From an uncultured Gammaproteobacteria bacterium (GTDB lineage: Bacteria; Patescibacteriota; Microgenomatia; Levybacterales; UBA12049): a DNA stretch of 64,000 nt. Positions 1 to 8,868 of this stretch are shown one piece after another. The notes under the pieces are model-generated. The model made no database searches and was not told where the DNA came from. It worked only from the letters and a program-made list of their open reading frames with translations. The stretch's first letter is position 1; each line of letters starts with the position of its first letter. Position numbers and translations under genes: made by a program. The DNA is taken from positions 185-64,184 of the forward strand of contig CAYYSJ010000004.1 in the NCBI GenBank assembly GCA_964474445.1. The letters are read 5' to 3'.

Positions 1-954
1 AGCTGATGTGGCTAAAGGGAAACATCCCAGACTCCCAATTAAGGCCTCTAAATCAAGGCTAAGTTTACAAGGAAGTCAAGATCCATAGACACCCAGGAAG
101 TTGGCTTAGAAGCAGCCACCTTTTAAAGAAAGCGTAACAGCTCACTGGCGGATGGTTCTTGGCGCCGGAAATTACGGAGGATTAAGCCTTGTGCCGAAAT
201 TGGAGAATCTAATTTAGATTGGTAGGGGAGCGTTGTATGCGCAGTGAAGCGGAACCGTAAGGTTTGGTGGAGTACATACAAGTGAGAATGCCGGTATGAG
301 TAGCGTGAGCGAGGTGAGAAACCTCGCCACCGAATGTCCAAGGTTTCCTCCGCCATGTAATTCAGCGGAGGGTTAGTCGGCCCTAAGGGTGTGCCTCGTA
401 TAAAGGGGTGTAGCCCGATGGATCAGGCGTTGAAATTCGCCTACAGAGTATTGTTATTGTAAGGGCGTGACGAAGGTGGAAAAACTAAGCTACCGCAAGG
501 ATAGTGTAAGTGGTAAGGAAGAAGTGATTGGCAAATCCGTCATTTTGTTTATTTGAGCCACGATGCAAAGTCTCGTAAGAGACAATTTAGTACGTTTCAG
601 CTTCCGAGAAAAGCGTCATTATGACAGTCGCAAGGCTCGTCAAAAGCAATATTTTACCGTACCGTATAACCGACACAGGTGGACAGGTCGAGTAGACTAA
701 GGTGATCGAGAGAAAGTGGATCAAGGAACTAGGCAAAAAAGCTGGGCGTAACCTATGGGAGATGCCCTGCCGCAGCAATGCGGCCGCAGCGAAAGATTAT
801 TTAGCGACTGTTTATCTAAAACACAGGTCCCTGCAAAACCGAAAGGTAACGTATAGGGGCTGACGCCTGCCCAGTGCTGGTAAGTCAAATATCTCTGGTG
901 AAGCAGCAATGCCAGCTTAGGATATAAGCTCCAGTAAACGGCAGCAGTAACTAT

Positions 955-1654
955 GATAAAGTCGTAGTTGTAAAACCTAGCTAAATGCTGGAACATCTGT
1001 ACCGTACAAACGGTTGAAGTATCTGGCGCTACTATGCTATTGTAAAAGTGTAGTGAAAATGCGTTCAGTGCAGACAATCAGCAGGAAAGGCTTTAGCCGA
1101 GAAGATTTGGGCTATTTCCTTGCAGGATTTGTTGAAGGGGAAGGAAGTTTTAATGTATCGCTTCGAAAAAAGAGCGATTACAAAGTTAACTGGCAAGTTG
1201 TTTTAAGCTTTAATGTTTCTCAAAAAGATATTACGGTTCTTTCTGTTCTACAAAAAGAACTAGAGTGCGGAATCATTAAAACAAGAAAAGATGGCTTGCA
1301 TTCCCTAGATGTAACAAATGTGCAAGATGTATTAACCAAAGTTATTCCATATTTTCAGAACTATCCTTTACTCTCTCAAAGTAAAATCACGAATTTTCTT
1401 ATTTTTTCTTCTATAGCAAAACTTGTTGAGCAAGGGAAACATAGAGAAAAAGAAGGTTTAAAGGAAATTTTACTTTTAAGAGAAAAACTAAATGAAGGTA
1501 AAGGGAGAAAAAGAAAGTATGAGTATAGAGATGTCTTCTTAAGCTAAAGAATCCTCAGAGACTATATGCTGGGATCTCAAAATTTGAGATATGATATAGT
1601 CCGACCTTGGTAGCGATACCAAGAGACGTATATAATCGTCCTTGTAACAATGTG
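955..1654 (+). ncRNA. Group I intron at 23S position L1917 (E. coli numbering), carrying a homing endonuclease ORF
   Basis: Interrupts GTAACTAT|AACTGTTC. P1 AACTATGA/TCGTAGTT has a U.G pair at the splice site. Core elements AATGCTGGAA, AATCAGCAGG, CTCAGAGACTA, GATATAGTCC. Terminal G at 1654. Confidence 0.92.
1059..1547 (+). CDS. Single-motif LAGLIDADG homing endonuclease (intron-encoded)
   Basis: Motif YFLAGFVEGEGSF, then FNVSQKD...LECG and VIPYFQNYPL...K...F. ATG at 1059 preferred over the upstream TTG at 1014. Confidence 0.92.
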   Translation: MRSVQTISRKGFSREDLGYFLAGFVEGEGSFNVSLRKKSDYKVNWQVVLSFNVSQKDITVLSVLQKELECGIIKTRKDGLHSLDVTNVQDVLTKVIPYFQNYPLLSQSKITNFLIFSSIAKLVEQGKHREKEGLKEILLLREKLNEGKGRKRKYEYRDVFLS

Positions 1655-1668
1655 AACTGTTCTATGGT

Positions 1669-1909
1669 GACTAACTTCGTTGCCTTAGAGAGTGTGTTTT
1701 AGAAATCCAACTATATGCTGGAACAACTCAGTATCCAACAGTACCAATTTTGGTAACAATCTGTTGGTGGAGTCGATCAGCAGGGAAGATCCTACGAGAA
1801 ATTGAAGGAAACCCTCAGAGACTACATGTTGGACCCGAAAGGGAAGATATAGTCCGAACTTACTGGCGACAGTAAGAGGTTCTGATTATTCAGGACAGTA
1901 ACATTATTG
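1669..1909 (+). ncRNA. ORF-less group I intron at L1931
   Basis: Interrupts CTATGGT|AGCGAAGTTCC. P1 GGTGAC/GTTGCC with U.G. Core elements TATGCTGGAA, GATCAGCAGG, CTCAGAGACTA, GATATAGTCC. Ends in G. Confidence 0.9.
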
Positions 1910-2380
1910 AGCGAAGTTCCTTGTCGGGCGAGTTCCGACCCGCACGAAAGGCAGAATGACTGAATAACTGTCTTGATCCATTACTCGGCGAAATTGAGAT
2001 GGCCGTGAAGACGCGGCCTAGATATGCATGGACAAAAAGACCCCGGGAGCTTTACTGTAGTTTGGCATTTGGGAGTTCATTTTATATGTTTAGAATAGGA
2101 GGGAGCTTAGGCAATAGTGAAATACCTCTCTTTGGAATGAACAACCATCACCTCTGCCCGCATAAAAATTCGGGAGGGGAACAGTGCTTGATGGGCAGTT
2201 TAACTGGGGCGATTGACTCCTACAACGCAACGGAGTCGTACAAAGGTTGGCTAGCTACGGATGGAAATCGTAGCGATAGCGCAAACGCAAAAGCCAGCTT
2301 GACTGCGAGACATACAAGTCGAGCAGGGACGAAAGTCGGTGTTAGTGATCTTCCGACGCTTAGTGGTAGGCGCGGAACTT

Positions 2381-2413
<33 letters not shown>

Positions 2414-2456
2414 GATCGCTCCCAAGCGTCCACAGCGACGGGGCGGTTTGGCACCT

Positions 2457-2787
2457 TATATGAAAATATCGGGGCGCCTTACTTGTAAAAGTATAGCCTG
2501 GATTATCTATTGAAAATTAACCCATGCAATAGAGATTAGAATTAACTAGCTCAAATCGGTGAACTCCAACTGTGTGTTGGACAACACCGAGGGAAGTCGG
2601 GAAGTACTACTGAGTACCTCCTTGACCCTGTATCGACTGATTCATACTGAGTTTATCAAAGTATGATGAGATAGAAGCTCTTCGTTCATTTTTTGAACGA
2701 AAATCTATAGCTTCTATAATACGGCTAGCTCCTCAGACAACTGAGGATGAAGGGATAGTCAAGACTTTTGGTAACAAAAGAATAATG
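2457..2787 (+). ncRNA. ORF-less group I intron at L2500
   Basis: Interrupts GGCACCT|CGATGTCGG. Core-like elements AAATCGGTGAA, CACCGAGGGAAG, TATCGACTGA, GGGATAGTC. Ends in G. Confidence 0.88.
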
Positions 2788-3026
2788 CGATGTCGGCTCA
2801 TCCTATCCTGGGGCTGGAGAAGGTCCCAAGGGTCTGGCTGTTCGCCAGTTAAAAAGGTACGCGAGCTGGGTTCAGAGCGTCGTAAGACAGCTCGGTCTCT
2901 ATCCTGCATATCCGTCGAAATTTGAGAGGGTTTGGCCCTAGTACGAGAGGACTGGGCTGAGGGAACCCCTGGTGCGCCGGTTGTTTGCGAGATTGCAAGC
3001 ACCGCCGGATAGCTATGTTCCTAACT

Positions 3027-3057
<31 letters not shown>

Positions 3058-3288
3058 AGGCCTCAAGATAAGATTTCATGTCGTAAGACGAAGACCCCTG
3101 GCAGATCACCAGGTTGATAGGCTGGCGGTGGACGCACAGTAATGTGTTGAGCCTACCAGTACTAATGGTCAACGAGTAGACTTAAAGTAAAATTTTCTTC
3201 TCTTCCTTGTCAAAGAGCTGAAATAGGCAATAGCTATAAAATGTTTGTTGTCTAAGTTCTTTACAACTAAATGAGTTTTGTGTTGAAG

Positions 3289-3405
3289 CTTCGGTCTCTG
3301 GAGCGTAGTGGCACCACCTCTTCCCATTCCGAACAGAGAAGTGAAACACTTCAGCGTTGACGATACTGAGCTGTAGAGCTTGGGACAATAGATCGAGGCC
3401 GGGAC
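3289..3405 (+). rRNA. rrf: 5S rRNA
   Basis: CCCATTCCGAACAGAGAAGTGAAA core. Terminal stem TCGGTCTC/GAGGCCGG. Flanking processing stem AGTTTTGTGTT/AACACAAAACT. Confidence 0.93.
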
Positions 3406-3425
3406 TTGAACACAAAACTAAAGAG

Positions 3426-3453
3426 AATCCTCCAGAAATGGGGGATTTTTTTT
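3426..3453 (+). terminator. Intrinsic terminator of the rRNA unit
   Basis: Hairpin AATCCTCCA-GAAA-TGGGGGATT followed by a T tract. Confidence 0.85.
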
Positions 3454-3536
3454 GATTCAGTAAGGCAGAAAATTATCTTGTACGACAATTACCTTTTTTT
3501 TACAAACTTCTTACAAGTTTGACTTAGACTATATAT

Positions 3537-4130
3537 TTGATGATTGATTTACCCGAAGAACGTTTGGGAATGCACGAATCTCAGTCTGTAAAACGTCAAG
3601 CGAGAGCTCTGTTAGAAAAGGCGATGAGAGGAAGTGCGGAAATGTGTCTATTTGATGATGGTTTTGAGCATCTTCCACGAATAGGTGAAGATCCCGGAAA
3701 CTATCTTTCTCGTGTTCTTGCAGCTATAGGAGATAAAAAAGATGTTTACTACAAAGATCCTAAACAAAATCAAGGAATAGAGGTCAATATCCATAATCGA
3801 GTGTTAAGAAATGTTGCTTCTTGGCAGCAAGGAGTGGTAGCTGCTGTCACGTACAGAGAAGGGGGAAAAATTGTGGGATATGGGTTAACAGTAGAAAGAC
3901 CAAATGCTTCTGCATCTGTTTTGTTTGACACAAGAGGTTATGAGCTTCCTGAACAATTAGAACATCCACTAGGTCTTCATGATGCAATTAACAGAGCTCA
4001 ACAACTTTTTTTGGGACGACAGATAGATGAGGTAAGGGCGATTGCGGTTGGCATGTTACCTCGAGAAGTCCAAGGAGGAGGACACCTTCACTCATATCAC
4101 CGCCCTCGTTTAAGAACTATCGTTGCTTAA
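3537..4130 (+). CDS. Hypothetical protein
   Basis: 197-aa ORF filling the gap; no motif recognised; start could be ATG 3540 or 3570. Confidence 0.65.
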   Translation: MMIDLPEERLGMHESQSVKRQARALLEKAMRGSAEMCLFDDGFEHLPRIGEDPGNYLSRVLAAIGDKKDVYYKDPKQNQGIEVNIHNRVLRNVASWQQGVVAAVTYREGGKIVGYGLTVERPNASASVLFDTRGYELPEQLEHPLGLHDAINRAQQLFLGRQIDEVRAIAVGMLPREVQGGGHLHSYHRPRLRTIVA

Positions 4131-4182
4131 TTTTGTATCTCTATAAGGGCAGAGAAAATAGCCAAGTTGGTCTAGACGTATT

Positions 4183-4434
4183 TCACTCAAGAGAAGAAGA
4201 TTGAAAAGTGATTCTCATATGCCTTTGTCCTCTTCTGTTAAAATATGCTTTCCTTATATCTCCTTTTGCACCTCTTCGTCGCATCCATTCCTCTACATGG
4301 TTTCCTAATGTATGGAGCGAGCCGGAGTCTGAAACAGTGGCTGTTACTGGAGCCATTTCCTCCCCTCTTCTTGTAAAAAGAACATATTCATTAGGAAAAA
4401 GGGAATCTGTTCCGTCATCAATCTCCTCAGACAT
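4183..4434 (-). CDS. Small hypothetical protein
   Basis: About 83-aa ORF with a TGcTATACT -10-like box upstream. Confidence 0.5.
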   Translation of the reverse strand: MSEEIDDGTDSLFPNEYVLFTRRGEEMAPVTATVSDSGSLHTLGNHVEEWMRRRGAKGDIRKAYFNRRGQRHMRITFQSSSLE

Positions 4435-4461
4435 GGTCAATAGGTGTAGTATAGCAGACGA

Positions 4462-4755
4462 TTAAAACGTTTCAGAGTTAGATGTGTGGAAATGGGAAGA
4501 GGATCTTCTTGGTCGAAATGCAGTAACTCGTGGGTGGTCAGCAGAGGTTCCATAATCTCTCATAAGGCGTATGGTTTCATCAACAATTCCATATAGTTTT
4601 AACGTGGTAGTAAAGACTCCCTCTGCAGCGACTTTGGTAAAACTTTGTACCCCAAACATAAAAATATCACTCTTTGTAAAATTCCTTCTACCAGATTTTC
4701 CTCCTTGTACTGCTGCTTTTGCTTCAAAACGTTTTACTGAATCAACAATAACCAT
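4462..4755 (-). CDS. Small hypothetical protein
   Basis: 97-aa ORF with TACAAT 8 nt before the ATG. Confidence 0.5.
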   Translation of the reverse strand: MVIVDSVKRFEAKAAVQGGKSGRRNFTKSDIFMFGVQSFTKVAAEGVFTTTLKLYGIVDETIRLMRDYGTSADHPRVTAFRPRRSSSHFHTSNSETF

Positions 4756-4892
4756 TTAAGGTGATTGTAGGAGGGAAATATAAGAATACAAGTAAGAAAA
4801 TCAGGTGGCAGGGGCTACTTCTTCCAATTGCTTCAAGTAGGCATTTCGTGATATACTTTGTGTATCTTATCTGAAAGAGAATATGATAGTCT

Positions 4893-5993
4893 ATGGTAGA
4901 TTCTTCTAAAGGCGCACAATCAATGGCAGAACTTTTGGCGAAGCACGCAGCTGCTTTTCAGCCTCTGGTAAAAGGCCAAACAGTCAAAGGAACTATCTCA
5001 AAAGCAACTTCCTCTGAAATTCTTATGGATTTACATGGCAAGACTGAAGCAGTTGTCATGGAGAAAGAGAGAAGACTATTGAAGCAACTTCTTCATTTTA
5101 TTAAAGAAGGGGATATGGTTGAAGCAACGGTTATCTCCCCTGAGTCAGAAATGGGTTATCCTGTTGTCTCTTTGAGACGCTTCATGGATGAAAAAGTATG
5201 GGCTGAGCTTGAGAAAACGCAAGGAAGTGGCGAAAAAATGGATGTTTTGGTAACCGAGGCAACAAAAGGTGGGTTTTTGGTTGAAGCAGATAACGGAGTT
5301 TCAGGTTTTTTGCCAAATTCCCATGTTTCATTACAAAAGGATGCGCAGAGTTTAGTTGGGCAAAAAATTAAGGCAAGTATTGTTGAGCTTTCTCGAGAAA
5401 ATAGAAAAGTTGTTTTCTCACAAAAAGGAGTACTTTCTGCAGAAGACTTTAAGAAAGTTGTTGAGACGTATAAGCCAGGAACAAAAGTAAAAGGTGTAGT
5501 CAGTGGAATTACCTCATTTGGTCTTTTTATCAGTTTGCCTCTAGAAAAAAGTGGTGACGAACAACAATATGTTGACGGGCTTATCCACATTTCGGAAGTA
5601 TCTTGGGAAAAAGTTGAGGATTTGTCAGAGAGATTTGCAATGGGGGATGAAGTAGAAGCTGTGGTTATTGGAGCTGATAAAGATAGCAAACGGATTGATT
5701 TGTCTCTAAAGCGCTTAACCGTTGATCCATTTGCTGAGGTTGTGAATGCATTTCCAGTTGATAAAAAAGCAAGTGGCGTTGTGATGGATATCAATGACCA
5801 AGGAGTTACTTTAGACCTCGGACAATTGGGAGATATAACAGTTGAAGGAATGATTAAAAAAGACAAAATCCCGCCAACAACAACCTATGAAATTGGTCAA
5901 ACAGTTAAAGCAACGGTTGTTTCTGTTGATGCAAAGAGACGAAAAGTCATGTTGACTCCAGTTTTGCTAGAAAAGCCTCTCATGTATCGGTAA
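4893..5993 (+). CDS. rpsA: 30S ribosomal protein S1-like protein (four S1/OB domains)
   Basis: Repeated S1 motifs: GFLPNSHVS, FGLFI...DGLIHISEVSWE, IDLSLKRL. Confidence 0.88.
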   Translation: MVDSSKGAQSMAELLAKHAAAFQPLVKGQTVKGTISKATSSEILMDLHGKTEAVVMEKERRLLKQLLHFIKEGDMVEATVISPESEMGYPVVSLRRFMDEKVWAELEKTQGSGEKMDVLVTEATKGGFLVEADNGVSGFLPNSHVSLQKDAQSLVGQKIKASIVELSRENRKVVFSQKGVLSAEDFKKVVETYKPGTKVKGVVSGITSFGLFISLPLEKSGDEQQYVDGLIHISEVSWEKVEDLSERFAMGDEVEAVVIGADKDSKRIDLSLKRLTVDPFAEVVNAFPVDKKASGVVMDINDQGVTLDLGQLGDITVEGMIKKDKIPPTTTYEIGQTVKATVVSVDAKRRKVMLTPVLLEKPLMYR

Positions 5994-6181
5994 TTCATAC
6001 CAACTTTACATTGTTTAATAATCCCTCAAACTGAAGATCAAGATAGTGCTTCTAGATCTCGTCATACATCTTCATAAATCACTCTCCCAACATTACGTTA
6101 TATCCTTCGTTCATATGCCATTTGCATTGCTATAAAAGGCTTTTCCAACTACCATCATTTCCAAAGATAGGAGGTGAGAAT

Positions 6182-6352
6182 ATGGTAGCGATAACATTTG
6201 CAGTACAGAGGGGCTCGATGAGAAGACAGCCTCCACTAGGCATCAGAGCACAAGATCCAGATGTAACAATCAAGGATGGAGGATATGATCCAGATGAGAG
6301 AGGCGTTGCATTGAGATTTCGGGCAGAAGGAGATGCTGTGCGCAGGTATTAG
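6182..6352 (+). CDS. Small hypothetical ORF, possibly the 5' half of a frameshifted gene
   Basis: Strong SD GGAGGTGA before ATG 6182; an overlapping open frame continues at 6333-6467. Confidence 0.4.
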   Translation: MVAITFAVQRGSMRRQPPLGIRAQDPDVTIKDGGYDPDERGVALRFRAEGDAVRRY

Positions 6353-6567
6353 AGAAAACACAGGAAGGTCAGAGCTCGAGTTAGGAGAAAGAATAACACG
6401 TGCAGATACAGAACTACAAGAGAGAATACATAGTGGTTGGGGAGAGTTAGATGAGAGAAGTAGATAAAGGATTTGGGCTAGTTCTCAGCTTCTTATCGTA
6501 GTATACTAGGGACAGAAAAGTATAAGGGAGTATCTTCATACTTATACTCAGTTTTTAGTATTATCAT

Positions 6568-7983
6568 ATGCCAAAACAAGTAACATCCTTTGTCTGTCAA
6601 GAATGTGGATATGACTCTCCGCAGTGGCTTGGAAAATGCCCTGAATGTGGGAATTGGAATACATTCCGTGAGTTTAAAACACAAAATGCAAAAGTGAAAA
6701 GTTTGGGAGGAAATGCTTCAACCTCACTGAGAATGACAAATGGAGAAGTTCCAAAGCCAGAACCTTTACAGAAAGTTTCACTTTCTCCAAAAGATAGGGT
6801 ACATACAGGATTCTCAGAGATAGATAATGTGCTGGGAGGGGGCATTGTAATGGGCTCTGCAATGTTACTTGCAGGAGATCCTGGTATTGGAAAATCTACT
6901 ATGCTTTTGCAACTCTGTATTAACTTAGCGAGCCAAGGCAAAACCGTGTTGTATGTCTCTGGAGAAGAATCCAAAGATCAGGTAGCAATGCGGGCAATGC
7001 GGCTTCTTGCAAACAAAGATTTGCCGGAGAAATTATTACTTCTTTCTCTTACTGATGTAGATCGGATTGTTGAGATTGTTGATAATACCAAGCCTGATTT
7101 TGTCGTTGTTGATTCAATCCAGACAGTTGAGTCAGAAATTGCCGGAGGATTATCAGGGAGTGTCAGTCAAATTCGATATGCCACCAGTTCTTTTATAAGA
7201 GTTGCAAAAGTGCTTAATATTCCGATTATTCTTGTTGGTCACGTCACGAAAGAAGGAATGGTGGCTGGACCTATGATGCTTTCTCATATGGTTGATGTTG
7301 TGCTATTTCTTGAGGGAGAAAAACTCACCAAAACACGAATTCTGCGAAGTCTAAAAAACCGTTTTGGACCAGTAGATGAAGTAGGAATCTTCTTAATGGA
7401 AGGGGAAGGAATGGTTGAGGTAAAAAACCCAGAACAGATATTTTTATCTTCTGGGCAACAAAATGTTCCGGGCTCTGTCCTCGTTGTTATTATGGAGGGG
7501 ACAAGACCGTTCCTTGTTGAAATTCAAGCACTTGTCGTGTATTCCAAATTCCCAATGCCAAAGCGTGTTACAAGTGGTATAGATAATAGACGTTTAGAAC
7601 TGTTGCTAGCAGTTCTGCAAAAACATGCCAAATTACCTTTGGAAAATTATGATGTCTTTGTCAATATTGCTGGAGGGATAAAAGTACAGGATCCTGCTGT
7701 TGATTTGGGAATTTGTCTTGCAGTATATTCTTCTTTAAGGAATAAAGCGTTAGATAAAACAGTCAGTATTGCAGAAGTTGGGCTCTTAGGCGAGCTTCGA
7801 AAAGTGCCAATGCTTGATAAACGCCTTCGAGAAGCAAAGAAGTTAGGTTTTAAAACAATTATCACAGCACAGGATAAAACATCGCTTATGGACGTTTTAA
7901 CAGGTTTAGGATACACTGCAGGGAGTAAACAGTGGAAAATGGAAGATGAGAGGCACTGGAAAATTCCTGAAGAGGTAGAGTAA
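6568..7983 (+). CDS. radA: DNA repair protein RadA/Sms
   Basis: Zn finger CQECG...CPECG, Walker A GDPGIGKST, KNRFG motif, Lon-like C-terminal domain. Confidence 0.97.
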   Translation: MPKQVTSFVCQECGYDSPQWLGKCPECGNWNTFREFKTQNAKVKSLGGNASTSLRMTNGEVPKPEPLQKVSLSPKDRVHTGFSEIDNVLGGGIVMGSAMLLAGDPGIGKSTMLLQLCINLASQGKTVLYVSGEESKDQVAMRAMRLLANKDLPEKLLLLSLTDVDRIVEIVDNTKPDFVVVDSIQTVESEIAGGLSGSVSQIRYATSSFIRVAKVLNIPIILVGHVTKEGMVAGPMMLSHMVDVVLFLEGEKLTKTRILRSLKNRFGPVDEVGIFLMEGEGMVEVKNPEQIFLSSGQQNVPGSVLVVIMEGTRPFLVEIQALVVYSKFPMPKRVTSGIDNRRLELLLAVLQKHAKLPLENYDVFVNIAGGIKVQDPAVDLGICLAVYSSLRNKALDKTVSIAEVGLLGELRKVPMLDKRLREAKKLGFKTIITAQDKTSLMDVLTGLGYTAGSKQWKMEDERHWKIPEEVE

Positions 7984-8022
7984 GCAAATACCAACAAAGC
8001 TAATAAGTTACTTAAGCAATGT

Positions 8023-8829
8023 ATGAAAGAAGAAGATAAATCAATCAAAACAGAAACAATTATCGCAGCAGCAGCTAATCCAAAAGCACAACCGGTGCCA
8101 TCTCATGTTGTGGGGAATTTAGCTGATGAAATTGCAAAGACTTTGATTAAAAGGCTTCCTAATATGTTTGCTGGTAACTCAAAAAAGAAGGTATCCAAAA
8201 AGGGATTAAAAGTGAAAAAGCAAAAAGAAGCAGAAGGAGCAATTTTTTTAGATACATCTGCAATTATTGACGGACGTATCTTTGATGTTATAGAAACAGG
8301 TATTTTAAATGGTTACGTTGTAATCCCAGAGTTTATATTGCTTGAGCTGAAACATATTGCTGACAGTCAAGATATGGTAAAGCGAGAAAGAGGGCGAAAA
8401 GGGCTTGAACTATTAGAATCGCTCAAAAAAAGTAAACGTATTAAAATGCTTACTGTTCCTGGTAATGAAAAGACCGATAAGTTAAAAGAAGTTGATGAGA
8501 AACTTATTGCACTTTCTAAATTTTACAAAGGACGCTTAATTACCTGTGATTATAATTTAGAGAAAAAAGCTGCAATCAGCAGTGTCATTGCAGTCAATAT
8601 GCATGAGCTAGCAAATAGATTGAAAATTCAAGCAGTGCCAGGAGAGTCGTTGCATATTAAGGTGCAGCATATTGGGAAAGAACAAACACAAGGAGTAGGT
8701 TATTTAGATGATGGGACGATGATTGTTGTTGAGCAGGGAAGTAGTGACATTGATGCATTTGTGAATGTCGTTGTCAGTCGTGTTATCCAAACCTCTAGCG
8801 GAAGAATTCTCTTTGCAAAAAAGATCTAG
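8023..8829 (+). CDS. PIN/TRAM domain protein (YacL-like, lacking the N-terminal TM region)
   Basis: LDTSAIIDGRI, RGRKGL, T.DYNL.K.A, GKE..QGVGYLDDGTMIVVE. Adjacent to radA, as in Firmicutes. Confidence 0.9.
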   Translation: MKEEDKSIKTETIIAAAANPKAQPVPSHVVGNLADEIAKTLIKRLPNMFAGNSKKKVSKKGLKVKKQKEAEGAIFLDTSAIIDGRIFDVIETGILNGYVVIPEFILLELKHIADSQDMVKRERGRKGLELLESLKKSKRIKMLTVPGNEKTDKLKEVDEKLIALSKFYKGRLITCDYNLEKKAAISSVIAVNMHELANRLKIQAVPGESLHIKVQHIGKEQTQGVGYLDDGTMIVVEQGSSDIDAFVNVVVSRVIQTSSGRILFAKKI

Positions 8830-8868
8830 TTCTTGCTACTCTTTTTCCCCTTACTTATACTTAATTAT

